From assembly GCA_965240325.2 (NCBI GenBank), contig OZ251234.1, positions 1,922,001 through 1,986,000 on the forward strand: 64,000 nucleotides of DNA. Reading direction: 5' to 3'. The translations under genes and the position numbers were made by a program. The stretch's first letter is position 1, and each line of letters opens with the position of its first letter. The notes beneath the pieces are model-generated. The model made no database searches and was not told where the DNA came from. It worked only from the letters and a program-made list of their open reading frames with translations. Below are positions 9,695 through 19,600 of this stretch, piece after piece. This DNA is from Rebecca billardiae RCC1528. Taxonomy: Eukaryota > Protista > Haptophyta.

Positions 9695-12259
9695 ATGAGC
9701 ACGAGCGGCCGGTACTACGGCTCGGTCGACGTTGGGAGCCTCAACGACAAGGGGATTCAGCAGCGTTGGCTCGCACAATCGGCGAGCAAGCTGGCGGCGC
9801 TTCCGGCGGGGCAAGGTGCTACGATGTCCGCACTGAACGGCATCATCGTGACGCACGGCCCGAACGCGGAGCACCGCATCAACACGCTCGAGGAGTACAA
9901 CTCGACGTGGGAGACATTCAACCCATCCGCGGCGAAGATGATCAAGGTCGGTGCCGAGCGGATGGACCTGGCGCGTGAGAACTACGCGCTGCAGCAGCGG
10001 CTGCTCGACCATCGCCACGAGCACGAGCGCCGCGAGCACGCCGAGCGCCGGGCCGCGGCGGAACGCGCGGCGGCGGCGGCGGCGGGGGCGAGGCAGGCGC
10101 CAAGCTACGCGCAGGCTGCCTCGGCGGGCGCGGGGAGTGGTTTAGCCACTCCGGGCGGCCCGACGGCGACCGGACCGGGTTCAGGTCCGGCGGCGGGCGG
10201 CGGATCCGGAATTTCTCCGGGTCCGGCGGCCGGCACACCCAGTCCGGGTGTGGGCACAGGCGGCGCTGCAGGTGCGCCGGCTGGGACTGACGGCGCGACG
10301 CCTATGGGCGGTGCCGGCGTCGGCGCGGCGCCTACGGGCGGCGCCGGCGGGATGGGTGGCGCGGCGCCCGCGGGCGGCGCTGCCGTGACGCTCGATCCGC
10401 GCGCGCGTGAGCTCTACCGCCGCGAGCGCGAGACCGAGGATCAGATGCATGAGCGGCAGGCGAGCGAGCACGCCATGCTGGACATCAAACTCCGACAGAG
10501 CGTGTTGGAGGCAGCGCCGGACGGCGACGAGGCGGACCCCGCCAAGTACGCCGGGGCGCAGTACGAGAAAGGGACGGCTTTCTTACGCACCGAGCTGCGG
10601 TCGTGGGTGACGGAGGCTGCGTGGCAGCACATCAACCGCCTCATGGAGACGCAGCCGGAGGTGCAGGAGGAGCGCGCGCGCCGGGGCGCACTTACGCCGG
10701 GGCGCGAGTTTCTGTACCTGTGGAAGACGATCCTGCGCATGCGCAAGCCCGACGACATGCGGAAGTACATGTCGGTGCGGGCACGCTGGCATCGGACGGT
10801 CCTGCCGGACTGCGGCAAGGACGGCGTCGGCGCCCTCGAGCTCTTCCAGGTGCTACAGCACAACCACGTGCTGCTGCAGGAGCTGAGTGACGCAGCGCCA
10901 GCGGCGGAGATGCTTGCGCGGCTCATCGAGTTCATTCCGTCGGTGGGCGCGGGCATCGAGATGCGGACGCGGTACGAGTCGAAGGACTACAGGACCGTGA
11001 CGAACTTCGACGTGCAGGAGCTCGTGCACGAGCTCAACGGCAAGTTCGAGGACTGGGACTTCTCCAAGGGCAAGCGGGTTGACCGCGGCGGCCCTGGGCG
11101 CCCAGGGGCGGGTGGCCGCACGCCAGGAGGCGGCGGCGCTACCCGCGCGCACCCAATCGACGGGCTCCGCCTGGCGCAGGCGGCGGCGGCGTCGGCGGGT
11201 GGCGGCGGCGGCGACACGAAGTCGCCGGCTGGCCGTGGTGGCGGCGGCGGAGGTCGTGGCGGTGGCGGCGGCGGCACTGGCCGCGGCGCCGGCCGCGGAG
11301 GCCAGGACGACTCCGACGACGCGCACGGGCCGCGCTGCTACAAGTGCGGCGCCGTGGGGCATATCAAGCGTTACTGCCCGCAGGTGACGCAGGCTGATCG
11401 CGACTCGAACGCTGGCGATGACGCGGCGTCGACGCGGTCGGATCGCAGCCGTGGCTCACATCGGAGCGGCGGTGGCGGTGGCGGCGGCGGTGGCGGGGGC
11501 AGCACCCGCGCCGTGGTCGGGAATGGCAACGGCGGCGGCACGGTCCGCACGCAGGTCGCGTTCGCACCCGAGCAGGGTGACGAGCCCGACGGCGCCGTTG
11601 GTGGCGACGGTGACGCTGACGCCGGAGACGGCGGCGGCGCCGGCGCCGGACTCGGCTTGGCGCCTATTGGCGCGGCTATCGGCGGCAGGGCGCAGCGCGA
11701 CGAGGACATCGAGATCGTCGCGGCGCGGGCGGCCGAGGCACGCGTGGCGCCGCCGGAGGACAACACGCGGGCGTTGGTGTTTGACACTGGCGCACGGAAG
11801 AACATCGCCATGGCCGAGGATTTGACGAATCTCACCCCGGTGGACGGCGCATGTCAGATCGAGTGGGGGAACGGTGCGCGGGAGCGGGTCACTCACCGCG
11901 GGACCCTGGTGGTCAAGCTTGCGGCGGACGACGACAGCGACAAGGTCCTCACGCTCGAGATCGAGGCGTGGGCGTCGCGGCGCGTCACGGCGCCGCTGCT
12001 GTCGGTCGAGCACTGCGCGGACGCAGGCATCGAGTTCCACTACTCGCAGCGCGGCAACACTGCGGACTTTACGGCGCTGGGAGGCGGCGTCGTGCAGCTG
12101 CCGCGCGATTCCACGCTGCGCGCCGAGATCGTACGGCGCCAGGTGGGGCCGGACGTCGGCGATGCGCCGGCGGAGCCGCGCGCACGGCGCAGGGCGCCAG
12201 TGCGGCGCGTGGGCGCGGGGCGGGGGCGCGTTGGCGCTGCGCCGCCCCCAAACGCCTAA
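9695..12259 (+). CDS. gag: Copia Gag-protease polyprotein (ORF1)
   Basis: Zinc knuckle CYKCGAVGHIKRYC. Aspartic protease LVFDTGA...PLLSV. An alternative ATG lies at 9638 on the LTR boundary. Confidence 0.9.
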   Translation: MSTSGRYYGSVDVGSLNDKGIQQRWLAQSASKLAALPAGQGATMSALNGIIVTHGPNAEHRINTLEEYNSTWETFNPSAAKMIKVGAERMDLARENYALQQRLLDHRHEHERREHAERRAAAERAAAAAAGARQAPSYAQAASAGAGSGLATPGGPTATGPGSGPAAGGGSGISPGPAAGTPSPGVGTGGAAGAPAGTDGATPMGGAGVGAAPTGGAGGMGGAAPAGGAAVTLDPRARELYRRERETEDQMHERQASEHAMLDIKLRQSVLEAAPDGDEADPAKYAGAQYEKGTAFLRTELRSWVTEAAWQHINRLMETQPEVQEERARRGALTPGREFLYLWKTILRMRKPDDMRKYMSVRARWHRTVLPDCGKDGVGALELFQVLQHNHVLLQELSDAAPAAEMLARLIEFIPSVGAGIEMRTRYESKDYRTVTNFDVQELVHELNGKFEDWDFSKGKRVDRGGPGRPGAGGRTPGGGGATRAHPIDGLRLAQAAAASAGGGGGDTKSPAGRGGGGGGRGGGGGGTGRGAGRGGQDDSDDAHGPRCYKCGAVGHIKRYCPQVTQADRDSNAGDDAASTRSDRSRGSHRSGGGGGGGGGGGSTRAVVGNGNGGGTVRTQVAFAPEQGDEPDGAVGGDGDADAGDGGGAGAGLGLAPIGAAIGGRAQRDEDIEIVAARAAEARVAPPEDNTRALVFDTGARKNIAMAEDLTNLTPVDGACQIEWGNGARERVTHRGTLVVKLAADDDSDKVLTLEIEAWASRRVTAPLLSVEHCADAGIEFHYSQRGNTADFTALGGGVVQLPRDSTLRAEIVRRQVGPDVGDAPAEPRARRRAPVRRVGAGRGRVGAAPPPNA

Positions 12260-15200
12260 GCCCGGAACCCGCGCAGGTGCGAGCCACAAACACAACCACT
12301 ACGGTATCTGATACCACTACTACTACGGAGGCGGCGCGAGGCGCTGATCCGGCGTGGTTACGCACTTGGTCGGTTCGAACGGGCACCAATGACCAACGTC
12401 TACTCGAGCGCACGCGACGCGTGGCCGAGGGGATGGAGGGGGCGAACGCGCGGCGTGAGCCGCTCGACGAGCAGTCGGCGGCGGGCATGACGCGGCGGTC
12501 GTTCGCGGACGCAATGCCGACGGCGCACTACCCTGGGCAGGTGACGCACGTCGACATCTTCTCTATGGCGCGCATCGACTTACCAGTTGGGGCCGATGGC
12601 GCACGTGGAGGGTATCCTCATGGGATCATATTCATCGATGGGCATTCACGTCGATGGCAAGTGTACGCGCTACGCAGCTTGGATGACGCCGAGGTTGGTC
12701 GGGCATTCCGCTGGTACGCGCAGTTGCTTGGAACAGGGGCCATGCACATGTCGCATTGGGTCCTGGCGTCGGGGTGTACTATGGCGCGACGCCATATTCA
12801 CACCGACGGTGGCTCGACGTTGCTGAGTACGTACGTCGAGGGTGAGCTGGCGAAGCTTGGGTTCTCGTCGACGGTCACGTCGGCGCCCGACTCGCCGAGC
12901 TCGAATGGCGTGGCGGAACGCGCTATCCGCACGCTGAAGTCGAGACTGCGCGCCACGGTCGTTGCGCGTGGAGTCTCGAGGGTCGATTGGCACTACGCGG
13001 CGTGGCACGCATGCGCGTCGCGCAATCGACTGGCGTCACGTGGTATCATTCGTGACGATGGAGACATTGAGTGGCTCACGCCGGATGAGCTGTTCTTTGG
13101 CAAACGTCCGACGTGGAAGCATCACGTGGCGTTTGGCGCGCGCTGCCGCGTGCTGATGCTGGGCGCACGGCGCAATGCATTGGGGCAGCTGAAGCAGCGC
13201 GCACTACCCGGACGTGTCTATCTCTGGGGTGGGCACGGCGTGCAGTGGCGCGGTACATGGCGCTACGTGCTTGGGTACGTATGTCGTTTAGACGACGGAC
13301 GTCTCGTTCACTCACGTGACGTACGCATCGACGAGACCGACCTGGTCGAGGGGGGGCACTCGTCGCTGGGCGCACCTGACGGTGGCGCGTACGTGGGTGA
13401 TGGGGACGGCGCCGCGGTAAGCGGCGGACATCGTCCAGTCGGCGGTGATGCCGACGGTGAGGACGAGGACGGCGACGGCGGCGAGACGCCAGCCGACGCC
13501 GGGAATGACGACGCGACAGGGTTCGACGTCGGGTACGACGACGACGCAGATGCGTCAACGTCGGGGCGCGGGCGCAGCAGCGTGGACGCGGGACAACGCG
13601 GGTGCAGCAGCGCGAGCGCACAGCCGTCGACGCCGACGTCGCAGGGCGGGCGTGGCGGGGCAGGCGCGTCGATGACGCAGCCGGGTCGGCAGGATCAGAT
13701 ACCGCCGACGGAATCACGGCGCGGGGCCGCAGCAGATGCTGGCGGGCCGCCGCGCGGCGCAGACGGTGACGACGGCGTGATCGAGGACGCGCCGCCGCCC
13801 GGTCTGGATATGGGACACGATCCGCTTCGCAGGGATCGGACGTCGCGCCGACGGCCGCAGCTGCTTACTGCCGTCGTCAGCGCCGCGTCGGTGTTCCAGA
13901 AGATCAACGTGAAGGTGCCGACGAACTATCGCGAGGCGATGCGGTCGGCGGAGGCGCCCCAGTGGCAGGGCGCCATGCTCGAGCACTTGGAAGGTCACAA
14001 GTTGCTCGGCACCTCGGAGGAGGTGGTGGTTCCGGAGGGCACGCGGGTGTTGCCGAGCCAGTGGGTCTTTGACGTGAAGTCGAACCCGGAGGGCGAGGTG
14101 ACGCGCTTCAAGGCGCGGTCGGTGCTACTGGGGAACCTACAGCGGCCGGGGATCGACTTTCAGGAGGTCTTTGCTCCGACGATCCGGCCGGAACAAGTGC
14201 GACTACTCGTGGCGATCGCCGCTCAGCAGGCTGGCGCGAGAGTCGACTTGGGTGCAGCGTCGGTTGCGGCGCTGGGCATACTGTCGAAGGGCGACGTCAA
14301 GGACGCCTACCTCAACTCGGAGTTGAAGCCGGATGAGCGGCCTCTCTTCTCATTCCCGCCGGGCTACGTGCCGAGCACGCAGGCGCCGCCGGGGTACAAA
14401 GTCGTGGGCCGGAGCCTGAAGGCGTATCCGGGCCTACGCCAGTCTGGGCGCGCGTGGCATCGCACACACCGCACCCAGCTGCTCGCGCGCGGCTTCTCGG
14501 AGTGTCCGAGTGCGCCGTGCATCTACGTCAAGGAGTCGGCGCCGGGCGAGTTCATCATCGCGGGCGGCTTTGTCGACGACTTGCTGTTTCTCAACCTGAC
14601 GCGCGACGCGCGCGCGGTGGAGAAGCTGGCGGCTGACCTGAAGGAGCATTACGAGATCAAGCTGAGTGAGCGGCTCGATAAGTTCCTGGGCGCCGTGTTT
14701 GAAGTTCATGACGACGGCATCCTGATGCATCTGGGGCCGTACGTCGAGAGCGTGCTTCAGCGGTTCGGTTTGAACGCAAGCACGCCGGCGCGCACGCCGG
14801 AGCCGGCGGCGCGGGCGCAGCTGAGCGACGACGACGAGGCGTTGCTGCAGCGCGCGGAGATTGAGAACTACCAGGCGATGGTGGGATGTCTCATGTTTGC
14901 GATGGTCACGGCGCGGCCGGACATCGCGCACGCGGTGAACATGCTGACGCGACGCATGTCATGTCCGCGGGCGGTGGATCTGGTAAGTGCGAAGCGCGTG
15001 CTGCGCTACTTACGTGGATGCCCGCGATTGGGAATCTTGTTCAAGTTTGCGACAGATTCCGAGCACCCCGACCTACTTGCTTTCGCTGACTCCGATTGGG
15101 CAAGCAATCCGGTGGAGACCAAGGGCAGGTCGACGGGTGGATACATTGTGTTCTACAATGGGGCGCCGGTGTCGTGGCACAGCGGGCTGCAAGGTACAGT

Positions 15201-15561
15201 CTCGCTGAGCTCGACGGAGGCGGAGTACGTCGCGCTGAGCGATTGCTGCCGCGAGGTGAGCTACTTGCGGAGCATACTCGAGTCCATGCGGCAGCCGCCG
15301 CGGGACGCGACGGAGGTGCGAGAGGACAACAAGGGGGCTATCGACCTCGTGGAGAATCCTGTGCACCACAAGCGCTCGAAGCACATCGAGATCAAGCATC
15401 ACTATGTGCGTGACGCGCAGGAGGGTGGCAAGGTGAAGGTGGTCAAGGTACACACCTCACTCAACCACTCTGACATCATGACGAAGGCGACGGACGGTGC
15501 GACGTTCAAGCGGCACGTCGACGCCATCATGGTGGACCGACACCCGACGCGCGCGCGGTAA
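12247..15561 (+). CDS. pol: Copia integrase-RT-RNase H (ORF2, -1 frame relative to ORF1)
   Basis: Integrase DDE (THVDIF, IHTDGG, SNGVAER). RT (WVFDVK, RFKAR, GDVKDAYLN, GLRQSGRAW, GFVDD). RNase H (AFADSDWA, STEAEY, EDNKGA, SDIMTK). Confidence 0.92.
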   Translation, partial: PKRLSPEPAQVRATNTTTTVSDTTTTTEAARGADPAWLRTWSVRTGTNDQRLLERTRRVAEGMEGANARREPLDEQSAAGMTRRSFADAMPTAHYPGQVTHVDIFSMARIDLPVGADGARGGYPHGIIFIDGHSRRWQVYALRSLDDAEVGRAFRWYAQLLGTGAMHMSHWVLASGCTMARRHIHTDGGSTLLSTYVEGELAKLGFSSTVTSAPDSPSSNGVAERAIRTLKSRLRATVVARGVSRVDWHYAAWHACASRNRLASRGIIRDDGDIEWLTPDELFFGKRPTWKHHVAFGARCRVLMLGARRNALGQLKQRALPGRVYLWGGHGVQWRGTWRYVLGYVCRLDDGRLVHSRDVRIDETDLVEGGHSSLGAPDGGAYVGDGDGAAVSGGHRPVGGDADGEDEDGDGGETPADAGNDDATGFDVGYDDDADASTSGRGRSSVDAGQRGCSSASAQPSTPTSQGGRGGAGASMTQPGRQDQIPPTESRRGAAADAGGPPRGADGDDGVIEDAPPPGLDMGHDPLRRDRTSRRRPQLLTAVVSAASVFQKINVKVPTNYREAMRSAEAPQWQGAMLEHLEGHKLLGTSEEVVVPEGTRVLPSQWVFDVKSNPEGEVTRFKARSVLLGNLQRPGIDFQEVFAPTIRPEQVRLLVAIAAQQAGARVDLGAASVAALGILSKGDVKDAYLNSELKPDERPLFSFPPGYVPSTQAPPGYKVVGRSLKAYPGLRQSGRAWHRTHRTQLLARGFSECPSAPCIYVKESAPGEFIIAGGFVDDLLFLNLTRDARAVEKLAADLKEHYEIKLSERLDKFLGAVFEVHDDGILMHLGPYVESVLQRFGLNASTPARTPEPAARAQLSDDDEALLQRAEIENYQAMVGCLMFAMVTARPDIAHAVNMLTRRMSCPRAVDLVSAKRVLRYLRGCPRLGILFKFATDSEHPDLLAFADSDWASNPVETKGRSTGGYIVFYNGAPVSWHSGLQGTVSLSSTEAEYVALSDCCREVSYLRSILESMRQPPRDATEVREDNKGAIDLVENPVHHKRSKHIEIKHHYVRDAQEGGKVKVVKVHTSLNHSDIMTKATDGATFKRHVDAIMVDRHPTRAR

Positions 15562-15588
15562 GCGGCGCAGCTCGCGGCTATGGCTGTC

Positions 15589-15597
15589 GAGGGGGGG
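15589..15597 (+). other. Polypurine tract of the copia element
   Basis: GAGGGGGGG immediately 5' of the 3' LTR. Confidence 0.8.
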
Positions 15598-16205
15598 TGT
15601 TGAGCTGACGCGGCCTGGGGCGCGCATCTCAGCAGATGGCGTCGCCGCTGGGACGTCAGGGCCGGCGCCGCACCAGGCGGGCCGGCGTCATCAGCTACGG
15701 AGCAGTGGCTGGCTGGCGGCGCGCGCGCGCGGCGCGCGCGGCGGCAGGAGCGCGAGCGCAGCAGCGCTGGCGCGGATCGACGTGGACGCGGAGCGCGGAC
15801 GCGGCAGCGCGGACGCGGAGCGACACGGACGCGGCGCGTGCGCGGGCGGTACGGCCCGGCGCAGCGCGACACGGTGACGTCGCACGGGCATGGCCCGGAC
15901 GCCATCGTGGGAGTCCATCCGGATTTCCACTTTCGGAAAAGTGGGAATCCGGCTGAGGGTGGACGGACGAGGACGTCCGGGAGTTACGTCGGGACGGGCG
16001 GTTTTCGGGAAGGTAACGCATTCCCCGGAGCCGGCCGCGACGTGGTCACCCCGCGACCAAAAGGTCGGCGGGAGGTTAGCTTGTCTTCGTAAAAGAGCGA
16101 AGGGAAGGAGATTGTCTTCGTGGGCGTCACCGACGACGCGCCCGAGGACGTGCCGGTGAGCTCTTAGCAGGGCTCGAGACGCTCGGAGCTCGCGTTTACC
16201 CAATA
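15598..16205 (+). repeat. 3' LTR
   Basis: Copy of 9031-9638, followed by the TSD CCCTC. Confidence 0.95.
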
Positions 16206-16645
16206 CCCTCGAAAAATCGAAAACTCACCCCCAACAGCCCTCAAAATCGTCCCCCATCCCCTTTTCTTTGATCAAAAGATCTTTTTGACAACGTAGTGAG
16301 GGCCCCCGGCGGGGCTCCACGCTACGCGCTCCGCCCTGCACCGCGGGCCATGATGACGATAGCAGCGCATCATCATTAGTCGTGACATCACAGACATCAC
16401 TACTGCTAAGTCAGAGTCTGACGTGCTCGGGCCTCGGCTGAGTGAGAGTCGGCAGTCGACGGCAGTGCTGATGCATTACACTCGTCAGTGACAGAGTCAG
16501 AGTGCACTGCAGCATCACCGCGCATGCACAGGCTGCTTATTCATATATCGCGTCTGATCATATCACTGCCATAGGCATCAGCATCGTCAGCACGCATCGT
16601 CGTCGGAGCGCTGCCCCATCGGAGCATCGCGTCACGCCGTCACCG

Positions 16646-19600
16646 TCACACATTGGCACGCGCGTCGTCGTTCTCACGATCGCCGTCGACCCCGTCGTCA
16701 TCCCCGTCTCCGCCGCCGCCGCCGGCTCGCGCGGCCGCGGCGAGGCGCGCGCACTCGCGCTTGTGCCCCGCCTTCCACGCGGCGCGCAGGCACGCGGCGC
16801 CGCAGAACTTGGCCGTCTTGCAGCCGCCGCACGCCTTGAGCGCCCCCGGCTTGGCCTCAGGCGCGGCGCAGTGCGTGCACCGCCGCAGTATGCCGCCGCC
16901 AAAGACGGGCCCCGAGCTGCGCGCGTCGTTCCAGCACTCGGCCGCGCCCGGCGGCTCGCGCGCCACCTGCACGTCCTTGCTCGCGCGTGCGAGGTCCTCG
17001 TTGAACGTCTCGGGCTTGGCCCAGTCGGCGCGCGCGGCCGCGAGCGCGTCCGCCCAGCCGTCGTGCCCAAGCAGCGCGCGCCACAGGCCGCGAGCGGCGT
17101 GCCTCACTCTCTCCCCGCCCCTCAGCTCGAGCTCGGCGACGGCGCGCGCGTCCTCCTCCTCGTCCGTGTAGCCGGGCGCGAGGGCGGCGAAGCAGTCGCC
17201 GCCGAGGCTCGCGAGCGTGCGCACGAGCGCGGCCGAGCGCTCGAGGCCGAGCGCGGCGCGGAGCGCGCGCGCGGCGTGCGGCCAGTTGTTGCACGGGCCG
17301 AGCGCCTCGAGCGCCGCAATCCGCACGCGCTCGTGAGGGCAGTCGACGCACGCGGCCGCGAGCTCGAGCGCGGGCGCGCAGCCGAGCAGCGGGATCGGGG
17401 CGGCGGGGTCGGGCGCGTCGGCGGGGTCGAGGCAGCTGCGCCCCCGCTCGTCCTTCGCGCGGCTCGGTGGGCACAGCAGCCCGCGCGTGCGCGCGCCCGC
17501 GCTGATCAGCGCGGCGGTGAGCGCACCAACGCCGTGCCGCCGGCTGACCGGCCGGATGCGTCGCAGCTTCGGCGCGAGCGGCGCGCGCAGGTCCGCCCAG
17601 CCGCCCCACGTGAGCGTGTGCGCGTGCGTGGCCCACACGCGCCGCGCAAACACGACGGCGAGGTCCTCGAGGGGCGCGCCGCGCGCGGAGCCGCCCAGCC
17701 GCTCGCGCCACGCGGGGTGCGGGGCGCAGCGCGACAGGAGGACCAGAGCGCTCGCGCCCCAGCCCTCCTCCGCGCGCGTAAGCGGCGCGCCGCGCAGCGA
17801 AGGCGCGCACAGCGCCGCCAGGCAGCCGAGCAGCCCGCCCTCGGCCGCGCCGCCCTCTCGCTGCCGCTGCTCGTGCAGCAGCAGCTCGCGACCGTCCTCC
17901 AGCCGGCAGAGCGACGCCAGGATGCGCAGCTCGAGCAGGTGGTCGTCCGCGGACGCGGGCAAAGGCGCAGACGCGGCGGCGGCGGCGGCGGCGGCGGCGG
18001 GCGGCGGCGGCGCGTGGCTGGGCGTCTCCGCGGCGCCGAGCGCGGCGGCGCTCGCGCACGCGCCGTCGAGCAGCGCGCGCACGTACCCCCTGCGCATGAG
18101 CAGCGCGCCGAGCGGCTCCGCGGCGCGGCTGAGCGGCCGGCCGTCAATCCGGACGTCTTCAAACACGGCGCGACTCAGCTTGTGCAGCAGCCGCAGCGCA
18201 GCGGCGCGGAGGCCGTCAGGGATCGGCGCCGGGCCGCCGCCCGCGGCGGGCTCGGCCATGCCGCCCGACACGAACCCCGCCGCGGGGTCGCGCTCCGCCG
18301 GCGGATCCGCCGGCTCCGCCGGCTCAGCCGCGGCCGGGATCGCGATCTCGCCGATGGCCTTCACCAGGGCGCGCCCCTCCAGAAATGGCGGGCCGCCGTC
18401 GCGGTCGGCCTCGGAGGTGCGCTCGCGCCGCTGCTTGCGCGAGTGCATCGCGTCCCAGCCGCAGCCCTCGAAGCCGCTGTCGAACGTCACCAGCTGCTCG
18501 AGCAGCCCGAACGCCCTGCGCGCCGCGCAGAACGCCGCGCCGCGCCGCTCCCACAGTCGCTCCACCTCCGCGTCGGCCTCGGCGGTCGCCTCGAAAGCGG
18601 CGCGCAGCTCGAGCAGCGTCTGCAGCGCGAGCGGCAGGCCGGCGCGTCCGACGACGAGCTCGCGCGCGTGGAGCTCGAGCTCGTCGTCCGGGTCGGAGAC
18701 CTTCTGCAGCGCGGCGCGCAGGCTCTCCCACAGCCCGAGCTTGTCCGCCGCGCCCGGCCGCGACGGCGGCGCGAGAGGCGACACCGCCGCGTCCGCGTCC
18801 GCGTCCGCGGGCGCGGCCGCGCCGGCGCCGCCGTGCGCCGCCGCGCTCTGCTGCCTGCTGCGCGACTTGAGGCCGGAGGCGCGGCGCGTCGAGGCGGGCG
18901 CGCGGCGCAGGTCCTGGCCCACCAGCTCGCCGCTCGTGCACGAGCGGCGCACCTGCGCCCCCCAGCCGAGCACGCGCAGGCTGTCGTCAAAGTACGGACA
19001 CATGAACGTGTCGCCCGCGCCGCCGGGCAGGCTGCCGAGCGCGCCGCCGATCGCGCGCGCCTCGTCCTCGTCCAGCAGGCTCTCGGCGAGTTCGGGCCAC
19101 AGCTTCGGCGAGCCGACGAGCACCGGGATCGCCAGCCGGTGCATCAGCTCGCGCGCCGAGCTCACGCGCAGGCCCGGCACCTCCCACGTCGACAGGGCAA
19201 TCAGCTCGAAGCCGGCCAGCCGAGCGTGCCACGGGCCGCGCGTGCAGAGCCCGTCGCTCAGGCCGCGCAGCGCTTTGTCGATCTTGGCGCGCCACGCGCC
19301 CTGCTGGGCGGGGCTCGTCGCGCCCGCCGCGCCGGCGCGGATCGCCTCGAGCTGCGCGCACACGCGCGTCGCCGTGCTCGCCAGCTTGGTCGCGATGAAC
19401 ACGATCACGCGCAGTCGCTCCGCCTCCGCGGCCGGCTCGAGCGGCGCGCCCGCGCGGCTGAGCGGCTGGCCGTCCAGCCGCCGGATGGCGCGCGCGAGGG
19501 GCGGCGGCACGCCGAGGGAGAGCGGCCCCGTGCCCGCGGCCGGCGGCGTGCCCGAGCTCGCCGCCTCCTCCGCCGCCGACGTGCCGGGCGGCGCGCTCGG

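Larger units (their letters stand above)
9031..16205 (+). mobile_element. Full-length Ty1/copia LTR retrotransposon, recent insertion
   Basis: 608-bp direct LTRs. 5-bp TSD CCCTC (9026-9030 and 16206-16210). Domain order gag-PR-IN-RT-RNaseH. Polypurine tract before the 3' LTR. Confidence 0.97.

Noticed and set aside
11851-12246. Independent start of pol at 11851
   Set aside because: This part overlaps the protease in ORF1 and reads as shadow sequence; pol-like sequence begins only after about 12250.
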